From the NCBI GenBank assembly GCA_951406725.2, contig OX597833.1, forward strand, positions 38,254,001 through 38,318,000: a DNA stretch of 64,000 nucleotides, in the 5' to 3' direction. Position 1 is the stretch's first letter, and each line of letters opens with the position of its first letter. This document shows, in pieces, positions 1 through 13,304 of the stretch. The notes below the pieces were generated by a model. The model had not been told where the DNA came from. It ran no database searches and was given only the letters and a program-made list of their open reading frames with translations. The translations under genes and the position numbers were made by a program. This stretch comes from Octopus vulgaris (lineage: Eukaryota).

Positions 1-1140
1 ATTTTGTCACGAACTGGTATAATTTAGAAAAACTATAAAATATATTTCAGATAAATTTTAAAAAAAAGGATTTTTCTTTTGTTTTACTGAGTAATAATTG
101 ATTAAACGTTTGGATTTATTAGCATCAGTTGTTTCTGTCAAGAAACCAGAGGAAATGATCTAGAAATCACAGACAAAACAAGTTGGAAATTATGCTTTTA
201 GTGTTTTTTATGGTTTCATCAGAGGAGAAAAGGCCAACACTTCTGTCTTTTTTTACCTTTTGTCAGGGTCTCCAGGACTGACTGGGGAAAGGTAGAAAGT
301 TATCTTAAGACTGGAGATCAGGTATAGATGCTTGCAACAGAATGAACACCACTAAAGACACCCATGGCCCAAGAGGTTATGTTAAACTGGGTGACAGATT
401 AAGTCTGCCACCCCAAAACAGGAATTTTTGCGGTTTCTAACAAACTTCACTCACAAGTCTTTGGTTGACACAACACTATGGTAGATGAGACTTATTCAAG
501 ATGCTACACAGTAAAATTAAACCAAAAGTTACCTATTTGTGAAGTAAACATTTTAATCACATATCATGGTAGATGAAGGAACATTGGTAGGGATGCACAA
601 CAAACCTTCAATGGTGTCAAAATGACCCAGCAATGTCATCATAATCTAATTCTTCCAGGTTAAAACAGAGAAAGTATGCAGTTTTAATAGACTGTTGTCC
701 ATAAATAAAGAATTTGGTTGACATGACAATAAATATCATGTTGTCAAGTCCATATGTTTGTCTTAGTTCACAAGTAGGCCATACATAAATCTTTACTTTA
801 AACAGGGCAAACAGTTGAAAAGGTAACATTTGCTTCAACTTCTAAATAATGGTAATGTCCAAACTAGTTATTATTTCCATGTCTTGAATTTTGTCTGATT
901 AATAAACCAGGTTTTTTTGTTTTTTAAAAAAAACCTTTAATCCATGGTCCATTACTGGTATGCATTTAGGAATTATTTTTATTTTTATTTATGGATGTGA
1001 TCCTACATGTTTCTTGGGTTGGTGATTTTAAATATCTAAACCATTTTGCTCTATCACATAAAGCTTTTTAATAAAATACAAATTAATGATAATAAAAAAA
1101 ATGTGAACTTTTAATGAATTCTTACTTTATTAAAATGAAA

Positions 1141-1790
1141 AATGACTAGTGACTGAGACTTTTGGAAATATGTTGTGCTTGAGAAGATCCGGCAAGCCAA
1201 ATGAGATCATAACCAGTGGCCTATGCCAGGGGTGTAACTAGCCCACTTATGCGTACCTTTCCTTCAGTGGACACTAAACTCTGCTTGCGAAGACCTGTTG
1301 AAGCAAGTGAAATTGAAATCAAATTTGATGACTGGCATCCGAGCTAGTGTAGCGCTAAGAGCACCATCCGAGCATGATCATTGCCAGAGCAGCTAACTGG
1401 CTTCCATGCCGGTGGCATGTAAAAAGCACCATTCGAGCATGATTGTTACCAGCATTGCCATATCGGCATTTGTGCCAGTGGCACATGAAAAAACATTTGA
1501 GCAGGGTAATTGCCAGTGCTGCTGGACTGCCTCTTGTGCAGGTGGCACATAAAAAAACACCATTTGAGCGTGGCCATTGCCAGTACTGTCTGACTGGCCC
1601 TTGTGCCAGTGGCACATAAAAGCACCCACTACACTGTTGGAGTGGTTGGCGTTAGAAATGACATGCAGCTGTAGAAACTCTGCCAGATCAAGACTGGAGC
1701 CTGGTGTAGCCATCTGGTTTGCCAGTCCTCAGTCAAATCGTCCAACCCATGCTAGCATGGAAAGCGGATGTTAAATGATGATGGTGATAA
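1141..1790 (+). mobile_element. 5'-truncated RTE-clade LINE (ORF end plus 3'UTR)
   Basis: MTSD*DFWKYVVLEKIRQAK* resembles the ORF end of the RTE at 19243. Then internally repeated 3'UTR units and a (GAT)n tail. Homologous copies at 4452, 22381 and 63240. Confidence 0.8.
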
Positions 1791-1927
1791 TGAGACAAGT
1801 AACCATGGAAAAGTATATTCTGCTAGTTTTAAGGACATATGTATTCCAAATCAACATGAAATGAATAATGAATCATCAACATCAGATCAAATGAATGTTA
1901 AAAAAATATATGCTCCTAATGGTTGAT

Positions 1928-3795
1928 TCAAATGAAAGAGGACCGCTTTGAATTTCGCTTGTGTTGTACATCTAGGCCATCACATGTCAATGACGAGCAG
2001 TAATCCACCATCATGCTGACATTCCATTTGCCCTGGTATTGAGTTTCCATGGTGCAAATATCCTGATGGAACCACTCTCCTTGTTCCTCACTGTAGTTTC
2101 CACAATTCACGGGGAAATAGTTAAGATGCGAGTGCAAAAACTGCAGCTTGACACTCATTCTAGACCCAAGTTGCTGGAAACTTGAAATCAGGTCTTGGAT
2201 CACTTTTTCATATTCTGGGGAGTGGCTATTTCTCAAGAAGCTTTGGACCATCTGCTTGAAAGCAAACCAGGCATTCACCTCAATACCCGTTAATGCTTCT
2301 TCAAAATGCTTGTCTTTCATCAATTCCCTAATCTGATGGCCAATAAAAATTCCTGCCTTTATCTTGCCTCTACTTATACAAGGAAACTTTGACTCCAGGT
2401 CCTTGAAAGCAGCTCCATTCTTGTTCAGAGCCTTCACAAAATTTTTCATAAGCCCTAATTCAATATGGAGTAGTGGCAGCAGAATTTTCTTGGAGTCAAC
2501 TTGTGGCACAGCTTTCCCATGATTTCTGCATAAGAAACTGGTTCTTGGTGGTCAGTCTTTTTTTCATAGTGCTGGCTGTCTGCTCTACTACTCCAAAGAC
2601 AAAGGAAACAGGGATACTCAGTGTATCGTCTTTAAATATCTAGTAGGAGAGTAATAACTTTTAAATCACTAGAAATGAGAAAATTGTGATTATAGTACTT
2701 GATGACAGTTATTAATGTCTTCATATTTTCATAAGTTTCTTACGTTTGGACACTGTGGACAATTGACACAGATGCAGCTGTGTTGCCACTGTAGAGATGA
2801 ACAGCTTTTAAACTTCTGTTAGAAGAATCAACAAAGAGCCTCCGTTCATCTACTCTGTATGACATCCCATGTGTTTAATAAGGCTAGAAATATTTGAACA
2901 GTAAACTAAAGAATCCTGTTTCTCAAAGAACTGAGTGAATTCCGCTTCACAATGATGGCACCAATCAAATGTTCCAGGAACTAGAAACATGTGTCCCTTC
3001 AGTCTAGGTCTAGAGTAAAGTAACTGTGCACTTTCTTTTGGAAGGTTAACCCTTTCATTACTGAATTTATTTTGAGATGCTCTGTGTTTCTCTCAGTTTT
3101 AGAATTTAGTAAAATAACTTAGTTATCATTAAGCTAGTGTTAGGAACATTAATTGTGAGTAAGGTTTGGTTGAAGATTTTAATACAAAACTTATGAAAAC
3201 AAGACATTTGTACTCAGAGCCAGAGCCGGTTTCAGCCGGGTTGGTAACGAAAGGGTTAAGGTCTCTCACCAAGTCACTTAGCTCAACTTGGTTGAAAAGT
3301 TTGGGACCATCATTTGTTGGTGGTTCATAGTCTACTTCTATCTCTTTAGTATCACTAATATCAGACTCTGATGAAATTTTCCATGTCTTAGATGGCACAG
3401 GTACAGGAATATCATCTGAGTGTGGAACAAGCCTTATTGCTGATAGAATATTTAGGTATATAATGTGATCCTTAGTCTTCTTGTTGAATCCAGCTACTTT
3501 AGTCATACAGAAGTAGCAGTCGTCATGGTTGTTCATCTGCTTTCACCATACCATTGTACTCCAAAGGGTATACATTTCAGTTTTCCAACTGACCACATTT
3601 AGAGCTTACTAATGCAACTCTTGTAAGCTCTGTGAGGTCCAAATACTTTGTCCTGGTCTCTCACCTTGCAGTCAAAATAAGCTAAATAGCAGCACTTCAA
3701 CAAAAGAGTAATATTGCTCAGGGAATCTGAAGGGGTAAATTACCTGCAGACATAGCAAAATATGGCTGGTGAATTTATGCAGCCTCTAGATATTT
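1928..3795 (-). pseudogene. Degenerate Chapaev3-like (CMC superfamily) DNA transposase
   Basis: Minus-strand frames give RGCINSP.IFCYVC, YLAYF..KV.DQDK, NHDDCYFC, SDLVRDLNLPKESAQLL, PCFLC, PLLHIELGLMKNFVKAL, FLHSH and YSEEQGEWFHQD. These match the C(2)C, LH and H(4)H motifs of Chapaev-type transposases. Stops and frameshifts are present. Confidence 0.8.
3046..3259. mobile_element. piggyBac-type MITE inserted in the transposase
   Basis: TTAA-CCCTTTC ... GAAAGGG-TTAA; removing it restores the frame DLVRDLN|LPKESAQLL. Confidence 0.85.
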
Positions 3796-4451
3796 TCACT
3801 AAAAAAAAAAATTAGTTTTAATATTTAAGTCAATATACGGTAAGCATTTGCATAGTAATATACGTTATTGTAAGCATTGCTAATATACATTATCATTTAC
3901 GTATGTGATACAAAGAGAAAAGTAACGTTTCTGTAGAACTTGATGTAAAAGAGATGAATAGAAAACACTTTGAATCACTATTTTTTATATATATTTTGAA
4001 AAAGATACCATACAGCCAATAAAAAAAATCATGCAGACCTGTGTTATCAACCTGCACCCTCTTTTTATCGCTTCTTACCCTTATTTCAACAGAATTTGTT
4101 GGTTGCCCTTATTTCCACTTCAAACTTAGTTGCACAAAATCACAGGTACTCCTTCGTTCCAAGGATTATCATCCTGTAGAATTCCTTTTGCCTTTCTCAC
4201 ATTCCATATTTCCAGTTCTTCATCAACTCACATCTATTGACTTCAGATCAGTACTTCCATGAACTATGGTGAGTGTTCTCACAAGCTATTCCCCTCCTCC
4301 TATATGGAAATACACACACATGCTTGTGTACACAGGCACATGACAAATATGCCTCTAGCTCATGTCAAACAAGAATGGTGAATTGATTTGCTAGAGTTAA
4401 CAATCAAATCAGCTTCAAATCACACCCTAACATATTTAAAAAGGAGGGAGA

Positions 4452-4742
4452 CATCATCATCATTGTTTAACGTCCGCTTTCCATGCTAGCATGGGTTGGA
4501 CGATTTGACTGAGGTCTGGCAAACCAGATGGCTGCACCAGACTCCAATCTGATCTGGCAGAGTTTCTACAGCTGGATGCCCTTCCTAACGCCAACCACTC
4601 TGAGAGTGTAGTGGGTGCTTTTACGTGCCACTGGCATGAGGGTCAGTTAGGTGGTATTGGCAATGGCCACGCTCAAATGGTGCTTTTTATGTGCCACCTG
4701 CACAGGAGCCAGTCCAGCAGCACTGGCAATGACCTCGCTCAA
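4452..4742 (-). mobile_element. RTE LINE 3' end fragment
   Basis: Reverse complement of the 1500-1790 3'UTR with a (CAT)n tail; it splits an older ~200-bp repeat. Confidence 0.8.
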
Positions 4743-5320
4743 TTTTTTTGTTTTTTTAAAAAAAAACAAAAAAGGTAAAAGAGCCATCCTCAGGAAAATG
4801 TAGTCCTGGATACACTACATTTTGAAAAATGTGATGACTACAGCTCAATTAGAGTTGACCCAGGGTTAAACAACAACATGCACTAACTCAAAAATTCAAA
4901 CTCACAGCATAACTTAGTTTTACATGGTTTACTAAAGTTACCATTTTTTAAAGAAATGACATGGCAGTGAATTCAATTACTTGTTATAAAAACCAGAGAA
5001 ATGTTCTTAAACCTATAATCTGAATCTAGAGAGACTGTCTGATGTGGTTTAAGCCCTGATTAACCATATTCAAGCAAACATATGCTCTAACTATGACACA
5101 CCACCCAGACATAGAGTTCTTGAGAAAACATTATCTAATTGTTTTGTCTTCTTTTATAAAGCAGAATGGTTTATAGACATATTGTATCAGTTACAGAACT
5201 CAACTGATGCTGTATTTTTATCTATCTTGAAAGAATGAAAAGTAGAGCTGACTTCAGTGGCATTTGAATTCAGTATATGAAAAAGAAAAAAAAAAAAAAA
5301 CTATCAATAAATACCATAAG

Positions 5321-5738
5321 ACGTAGGAGTGGCTGTGGTAAGTAGCTTGCTTACTAACCACATGGTTCTGGGATCAGACCCAGTGTGGCACCTTGGGCAA
5401 GTGTCTTCTACTATTGCCTCGAGCTAACTAAAGCCTTGCGAGTGGATTTGGTAGACAGAAACTGAAAGAAGCCCATCGTATATATGTTTATATATATGTG
5501 TGTGTGTGTGTGTGTATATGTTCGTGTATCTGTGTTTGTCCCCCAACATCGCTTGACAACCGATGCTGGTGTGTTTACGTCCCAGTAATCTAGCGGTTCG
5601 GCAAAAGTGACTGATAGAATAAGTACTAGGCTTACAAAGAATAAGTCCTGGGGTCGATTTGCTCGACTAAAGGTGGTGCTCCAGCATGGCTAGAGTCAAA
5701 TGACTACAACAAGTAAAAGAGTAAAATAGTAAAGAGTA
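5321..5738 (+). mobile_element. tRNA-derived SINE, family A (CORE-like; octopus OK/OR type)
   Basis: A/B-box-like head, GGCACCTTGGGCAAGTG core, internal (TA/TG)n and an AGTAAAAG tail; many copies in the window. Confidence 0.85.
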
Positions 5739-5789
5739 AGTATTTTGTACAACACTAATGATTACCAATTTGAATGTAATTTGATTCCC

Positions 5790-6440
5790 ACATCTAGCAG
5801 TTTGAGCTACTTTATGGAGACTCCCTCAATATAAACAAGACACCAAGAAGACAACCCAAACACTCAGTCTGCAAGAATATCAGCCAAATTTCCCACAAAT
5901 CCTTTAATGTCAGCTTTAAAAAAAATGGAAGAATATATTAGATAATGTTGTTCTATATATATGTATAAAAGACAGGATGGTTATGGGCTGGAATTCCCTC
6001 ACTTATAGGTTTATGTGATTAGGCCTAACAAGAGACTAAGCAAGAACTCGAGAGTCTCAAACCAAGGAAGGAACCTCTACGTCGTCGCTTGAACAGCTAG
6101 AAATAGCAGCCAGGTTTCGTTCAAATCATTTTAAAGAGGATACGATAAGTAATGTAGTCCTAGATATATTAAGTTTGAATAAAAAGACGAGATGGTCACG
6201 GTTGTAATGCATCTGATCATATGTCGACTTCATTAGGGTTGAGCAAGAGCTAAGCAACCGTAACAGGAGCCCTTCAGCTGGTCACTCAAACAGCCAAGAT
6301 AGCACCCATATCACGCTCGACTGCATTTTAAAAGGACACATTAGAAAATGTAGTCCTAGATATATTAAGTCTGAATCGAAGACGAAATGGTCAAGTTTGG
6401 AATATCTTTGATCATAAGCCTAACTCAATCTAGATCAAAC
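5790..6440 (+). repeat. Three head-to-tail diverged copies of an unclassified ~200-bp interspersed repeat
   Basis: Recurring blocks CTAGAAATAGCAGCCAAAT, TAATGTAGTCCTAGAT, GGATGGTCACGGCTGGAATG and GACCTGGGGCTAAACAAC. Confidence 0.65.
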
Positions 6441-7210
6441 CCTCTACGTAAAAAAATAATAAAAAAATCTTTTATAACAATTGTTAGAAAAACCAAAGAA
6501 CACCGACAAGCAGACGTGAATTGAGATAGCAGACTTGCGTAGAAATACATACGCTGATAACTGTGATCGCGATTGCGACTGATTAAAATTAAACTGCAAA
6601 GAATAAAATGAGAACAAGAATCAAGATCGGTGGTAAGGCTTCAAACTCATTCAGTTATCACATTCGAATCTACTGCATTGATATTTTCAACGACCTAACC
6701 ACTTAGACAAAATATCCAGGTGATGTTTAAGTTTTAGTAATAGACCCGAAAGGTGGTTAACTCACAATTCAAGGATCGGCTGCTAAATGGAAAATTTCTA
6801 TTTTTCCAATAGGTTAATTCCTTCCCAACAATTTGCTAATTTAGTCGCAAAAATGTTTTACGTGATAGCGAGTGACAAAACAGTTAATTTAGTTCAATAC
6901 AAGCGTAGTAGAAAAGCCAAGTTGCACCTTGTAATAAATCTAATTCTTAGATATGAATTCTATAGTGTGAGAACAGGAACTCCTAACTTGGACAGATCGA
7001 CCGAAAGAGGCAGCTATGGTTTTGTTTTTCGAAGGATCACAAAAGGCTGGAGGACTTAACAGCATTTTTTTTCACGTCTGTATCAATCATTCGAGAACAT
7101 AAAAACCACACTTTCCATTCGTGATTTTTAAAACGGCAGAATAAGTGAAATATATATATATATATATATTATTATAAATATGAGTCTTACTAGTCATTCG
7201 GCCATCTTAC

Positions 7211-7309
7211 CTGGGAGCTATTCAACAACGTCTCCAGGTTATTACATAACGAATCCGTCAAAATGTGTTTTAGTTTTATAACTAACGTTTTCTTGTAACG
7301 AAAACAATG
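7211..7309 (-). CDS. Possible internal exon of an unidentified minus-strand gene
   Basis: 99-nt open frame HCFRYKKTLVIKLKHILTDSLCNNLETLLNSSQ between CCTGTAG and CAG|GTAAG on the minus strand; no family recognised. Confidence 0.25.
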
Positions 7310-7646
7310 CTACAGGTTTCTAGGAAATGATAAACGAAAAGCAAGTTATCCCTGTTGCACAAGTGAAATGAAATGCTTACAATTTGGGAAAAGAAACCTA
7401 ACTGCAAACTCAGGATCTCTATGAGTTTTATTCACAAGACGGAGCCTCTGAGTAGGTGCTCGGCTTACTAAAAATATCAGCCAAAGCTTCCTTTAAATAA
7501 TACTCTGCATTAGATAATGTGGACACAGATGCACTGTGCATAGAAAAAGCAAGGAGGATCACGGCTGGAATGCCTTCGATCATAGGCCTGCTCCATCAGG
7601 GCTGACCTGGGTCTAAGCAGCAGCAACGCACGTCTTTATAAAATAA

Positions 7647-8040
7647 CTAGCAGTATCGCCCGGCATTGCTCGGGTTTGTTTCGAGCCTTTAGAATTGTAA
7701 TGTTTGAAAAGTAAAAATTTCGCATTATGTAGTTTGTTATTTATTCTCTTTAAGTGAACATTTTTCTGGTTGAAATACACCGAAAAATGGCGACACAGCA
7801 GTAAAAAAAAAGCGTAAAAAATAGGGATTTTCATAGAAAAAAAGCACCTTTTTGATGTAAATAATTTTTGGTGTTAACATGGTCCGATTTGAATTTTTTC
7901 TTCTACGGAAGGAAGAGCAGGCCTTCTATCATACTCTAAATTTTGGTCAACTTGCGCCGCAGGGTCTCGGAGGAGATAGTGTTAGTTGAAGGCTACCAAA
8001 CCTGCCATACACAGACAACTTCAGCTTTATATATATTAGA
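7647..8040 (-). mobile_element. Non-autonomous Helitron-like element
   Basis: Minus strand starts TC(TAATATATATAAAG), ends with the hairpin CCCGAGCAATGCCGGG followed by CTAG, and sits between A and T. Confidence 0.8.
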
Positions 8041-9200
8041 TGATGATTTATATCTAAGGTTAGTATAGGGATTGAATCGATCTAGAATGATATTGGTGCG
8101 AGAGGGACAAATAGACGACTGAGTATTATTAATTAAAAAACGAAACAAAAAAGGAACCATATAGTTGGGAAGCAAACTTCTCAATGACATAGCCATAAAG
8201 GCTATCTTTCTTTTTAACCAATCTTGACATTATGGAATGTTAATCAACTGGGCTGTTCTCTCTTCTAGGGAGAGGTTAGCCTGTCCCTGGGTTGTCATAG
8301 AGAACAATCCTGATCGAAAACACATTAGATCAAAGACATTCCAGGCATGACCATTTCATTTCATTTATATCGGACTACGTTATCTAACATGCCATTTTTT
8401 AAAAGACGGGTAAGGTGTGATTTGAGATTTGGTTGCTATGTCTAACAGGTCGAACGATCACGTAGTTTTCTTCGTTGACTCGAATTTTTTTAGCGTAGGT
8501 GTGGAATGAAACCAGATTGTCTGGTTATGCAATAAATATATCGATCAGACTGACCGAGCTAAAGAGACAAATAACTATGATTACAATGGACCGACCACAA
8601 AATAGTTAATAAATCGTATTCTCTTGACCAGACAGGTCACAGCCTGTAGATATTGATTCTTTAGTTTTGATGTTTACCAAGAGATAGGGACGTGTGTTCC
8701 TGCTATCCATCATCAAAGTCGGTTACAACTGTCTTACTAACCGCAGGTTACAACTCAGTCCTTAAGTTTCTGACAGTAAGCCAAATAAATGCAGAGAGAT
8801 AAGTAGATATTCGACTCATTAAAACAATGTTTCGCAATAAAATTAACGACAAAGAAAGTTTTGTTTTTCCTTTTTTTTTAATGAAACAGTTTTCTTCCAC
8901 CCATTACATACCGTCTCTTACTCATCCAACTATAGATGACCAGCAACTCATGCGCAGACACACATACGGAAAAATCGAAAGAATAGTTCTTGAAAATGAA
9001 ATTCTTATTAGTATGTTCAGGAAAAATCTGTTTATAAACCGTTGAAATGTGCGCTTATCAATCTGTATTTGTTAAGGTTTAGCGAAAACTGTATTACAGA
9101 TTAAAGAGACAATATATATATATATATATAAACAAAAAAACGAAAGCGAACTGACTCTGACAGAATAGTCTTAAGCCCAGTATTACATTCCTGAGACATA

Positions 9201-9479
9201 TTAACCCTTTCAATGTCACGTCAGCCTGGTAAGTATGTTTTGAACATCTGTCTTACAGCTAAGGCTAGATTATAGTGGCAGCAAAGTGGTTGAGTGTCGA
9301 TAGCTGATATATTTAACTGGTTCCAAACCTCGATATCTGTTCGAGCATCGATACTCCGCCCCTCATTTTCACCTCTATCTCAACTTATCCGAAGACAACA
9401 TGATTTCATGTAATGAAGAACACTGCCATGCAGTAGTAACCGCCGTCACTACTGAGAAATATCGACTGGAAAGGGTTAA
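9201..9479. mobile_element. piggyBac-type MITE (different internal sequence from the 3046 copy)
   Basis: TTAA-CCCTTTC ... GAAAGGG-TTAA termini. Confidence 0.7.
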
Positions 9480-10979
9480 AGCACGTGAATTGCTGATTAT
9501 ATTGATGAAGTGAAACTGGAGAACTGTTAATATGACAAGCCTTGTGCAAAACAAATCCAACCCTCAACATTTGTAGTCTTCATGCTACGCTGAAAAAATT
9601 TCATTAACAACTTATTTTTAAAATCTGAATCAAAATGTAGTTTAGTTACGCAAAATTTTATTTATCAATTCAAAGATGTGTTACTGTTTTTTCCTAACCA
9701 CCTGCTGTTGCAGTGTCTAAAATAACTATTATTGATTTTTCTCTTTTTAATGCTAAAACTATGAGATTCTTTACGTTTAATAATCTACAATAACACATCT
9801 GTGAATAGAACGACAGTTTTCTTTTCAACATAACATTTATATGTTTTTAATGACAATATGTGGCAAAAACCACAGAGTAAGTTCCTAGCAAATAGAGTCT
9901 GCAACATGGTTTTCATTCCCGTTAGTAACAATTTCACTTGATCTTCCATCGCTAAAGTATTTGAGGCATGAACGTCACACAACTTCTTTCTCACCTCCAT
10001 GAATCCGAAGTCCTGTGCAATGACAACACACATTATGCGACTCTATAAAGTTGGACTTAAGTTTTTTATCTCTATGTCGCGATAGAAGGAACTGTTTTCG
10101 ATTAAATATATTTTTATAATACATCGACGGAAAGGAAGGATAAACAGTGACAGTCTGGAGGACATCAAGAAACTGTTGAGTCGATACCTTAAGCTCCATT
10201 TATTTTAATGGAAGGAAAAGAAAGAATAACATCAACATATCCGTCAAAAAACAACAAACAAAAACACATCTTCGTTGATGTCGATACAGTGAACTTGTAA
10301 ATTCTTTAATCATAACTAACGAAAATGAAACTTATTTAATTTCTTCTTCCCAGTCTTTATATCACTGGACACAGAACTATATCCCATAACAATTAAATTT
10401 AAATTGTATGCATTTTCGGACACGAAGTGTTTGTTTAAATACATTTTGTAAACAATCGAAGCTCAAAGGATTCTTGCGGTGGAATGAATGAAAGAAAAAA
10501 AAAGTATTATGTATTAATATATATGTCTATACAGATGTATAACTGTGACAATCAGGAATCTATCGAAAGTTTTAAACGTCACCTGTAATAGTAATGAATT
10601 TGAAACGATTAATAAGTGAAGAACTAAAAAAAATTCAGAAGATAGCTGAATACGACAGGTTCTTGTTGCATGTGGAGAGTATCTTAACTCTTCCTTTCTC
10701 TTTGATGGCAGAATATATTTTTGAACAAAATATATATACTTAATATATATTACTCACCTCATTTTAATCAGTTTCTATGTAAAAAAAAAAAAAAGAAAGA
10801 GAAAATTCGTGAAGAATACGATAAATTACAACAGAATGAAATTTCTCTTCGCTGAGAAGATTGTTTATACAAGTCAAATTTTCCTTGAAACTTTTACCCT
10901 GAAACCAGAGATGTTTATAGCACACATTAGAATATAATGAATAAATAAGGAAAATATATTAAACTTTAGTACGAAAATA

Positions 10980-11110
10980 AATCTATAATAAAGAATGCTG
11001 GCATTCAGCAATGCAGTAAGATTGTTACAGTTGGAATATAGGCTAGCCGAGCTAATATTCTATTGTAGACTTGTTTCGAGGCTACGCACGCCGGGTCGAG
11101 TATTCAGAAG
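10980..11110 (+). promoter_or_regulatory. Putative promoter/5'UTR of POLR2H
   Basis: Unique, locally CpG-richer sequence immediately upstream of the ATG; assignment is by position only. Confidence 0.5.
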
Positions 11111-11183
11111 ATGGCGGGTGTTTTGTTTGAAGATATTTTCGACGTAAAGGATCTTGATCCCGATGGCAAGAAATTCGACAGAG
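11111..11183 (+). CDS. POLR2H: RNA polymerase I/II/III shared subunit RPB8 (RPABC3), first coding exon
   Basis: ATG at 11111 translates [24 protein letters not shown](V), almost identical to the conserved N-terminus of metazoan RPB8. The 73-nt exon ends at a canonical G|GTGAGT phase-1 donor. No later exon (expected VSRLHCESE...) was found in the window. Confidence 0.95.
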
Positions 11184-11736
11184 GTGAGTGCTTAAAAAAC
11201 TCAACTATTAGATTGTACTCGTTTCATACTGCACAGTCATGAATTGCTTTTATCTCGTTATCACTTCCTTTGTTCACTAAACAGTCCTACAAGCCATCGC
11301 CACGTTTTTCTTTTGGTTTCTTCCTGTCTTACACTTCGACTTTCTATTATTCCAATAAACTCGTGACTCTCTCATTCTCTCGCTCTCTCTCTCTCTCTGG
11401 TATTATCACCACGCTTTTTTACCATCTCTTTTTCTATACATTCTTCTGTATCTTCAAACTATTTACAACATTCATGCTTATTTTAGTTGACTAAATGAAT
11501 GACTTAATTGTTGCCACTCTAAGTTTTCTGCAAATTAAACAGAGATAATTAATCAGTGTCCGAAAACATTATTATTTTGGATTTTAGCGCAACTTCTTAC
11601 TACCGATTTAAAGAATCAATCGCAGTTCTTTCTGATTTGAATAGCTTTTCTCTTTCTTTTTAAATTTTCACTCAGATTAATTATAGTTTTTAATATTTAT
11701 TTAGATTTTTATGAATTGTGTATGTGTGTGCGTGCA

Positions 11737-11772
<36 letters not shown>

Positions 11773-11984
11773 TATATACATATATATTGTATGCATTGTT
11801 ATTTTCCGCAATATTTCATTGACGATAAACCCAGAATCGTTCGGTGTCCAATTTGCTCTCCACACGTGATATTGCGAACCACCTGATCGATCTTGTAATT
11901 AGGATTCAGTTAGAGATAACGCTAGTTGGGTTTTCTTTTACGTTTTACAACTTCACACCTGACTTTTTCGTTTTTCTGTCTACG

Positions 11985-12540
11985 AGCCAAGATGAGATCC
12001 TCTATGCGGTAACGACCTGCTAGAAACATCAGCTAAATTCCCTCAAATCACTGTGTCTTAAAAAAAAAAAAAGGAATAGATGTAGCTAGACATAGATATT
12101 ATTTATGCGGGTGGTCATGGTTGAAACAGTGAAGATCTTCTAAATCAAAACTGACCTGGGGGCAAGCCATAATTCATAATCTACGGAGTTAGTCTTTTCC
12201 TGTTAGAAATAGCAGCTAAATTTTAACCCACGCCCAACCATCTTAAAGGAAAGGCAGATAATGTAGTTTTAGATAAATGAGATGGTCACATCCAAAAAAT
12301 CTTTGATTTAGATTTGCTCGACCAGGTGTGACCTGGGGCTAAATAATTATTACTACTCGAGCCAATAAAGGAACCTCTGGTCATCCAGTCTGCTAGAAAC
12401 AGTCACACCCTACAATTTTGGAAAGGAGGGACTCCTGCCAATAACGCGGTCCTAGATGTATATGCCCGAAAAAAAAATGGGATGTCACGACTGGAACGCC
12501 TTTGATGATAATTTAAATCGCGCTGGGGCTAGATGACAAG
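11985..12540 (+). repeat. Second triple head-to-tail cluster of the unclassified ~200-bp repeat
   Basis: Same conserved blocks as 5790-6440. Confidence 0.65.
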
Positions 12541-13255
12541 TACAATTACATAGGAATTATTGGTTCTGTAATTTCGAGGTAGATTAAAGGAACAATAAGA
12601 AGACCTTTCGCCATTACCCATTCAAAATATTTCCTAATTCTATGTAATAAAGATGCTGTGTATTTTTCAGTGGACAGTATTTTTATTATAAATCACCATC
12701 CTCATTATTACATTACAAAACCGATTATGGAATGCTGTTATTTTAAAATACATGACTTTCACCGAAAAATAACTTGGAACAATTGCAGAAAGCCGGTTCC
12801 CATCTTTCCTTCCAACCGCACGTGATTAATAAATAAAACAAATATTTTTTTCTGCTTTCAGTTTCGTTATTGCGCAATAACGGCTGAAACTTGTATTGAG
12901 AAGATTAATTAATTTTCAGATTAAACCTAATTTCTTCGGTGAAGACAGACCCTCCACACACACACTCACACCTCCCCACACGCGCACCTTATCAATAATT
13001 TATGTCGATTATTTTCTTAGTTCCTACTCGAAATTTTACACATTGATCCGACCCCTTGAACATTTTGATAGCCATACGTACATCTCGTTTCAACTTGTTC
13101 TTATTTCATCTACAAATTAACTTGCTAAATTACAGTTCTGTTATAATGAAGTAAGCTTGTCTAGTGTTTTCTCCTCTACTCTTTCTGTCATCTTAAACAT
13201 ATCTATCTGCCTGCCAGGTGTGTTCATTTGCAATAAGAATAGCTCGTTTGTCATG

Positions 13256-13304
<49 letters not shown>

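Noticed and set aside
267-291. Collagen-like GSPGLTGE micro-exon
   Set aside because: Length and phase do not fit Gly-X-Y exons, and there are no partner exons.
617-838. 73-aa minus-strand ORF
   Set aside because: No recognisable motif and ambiguous splice signals.
6743-6762. GACCCGAAAGGTGGTTAACT, resembling 28S rRNA
   Set aside because: Only about 20 nt with mismatches and no flanking homology.
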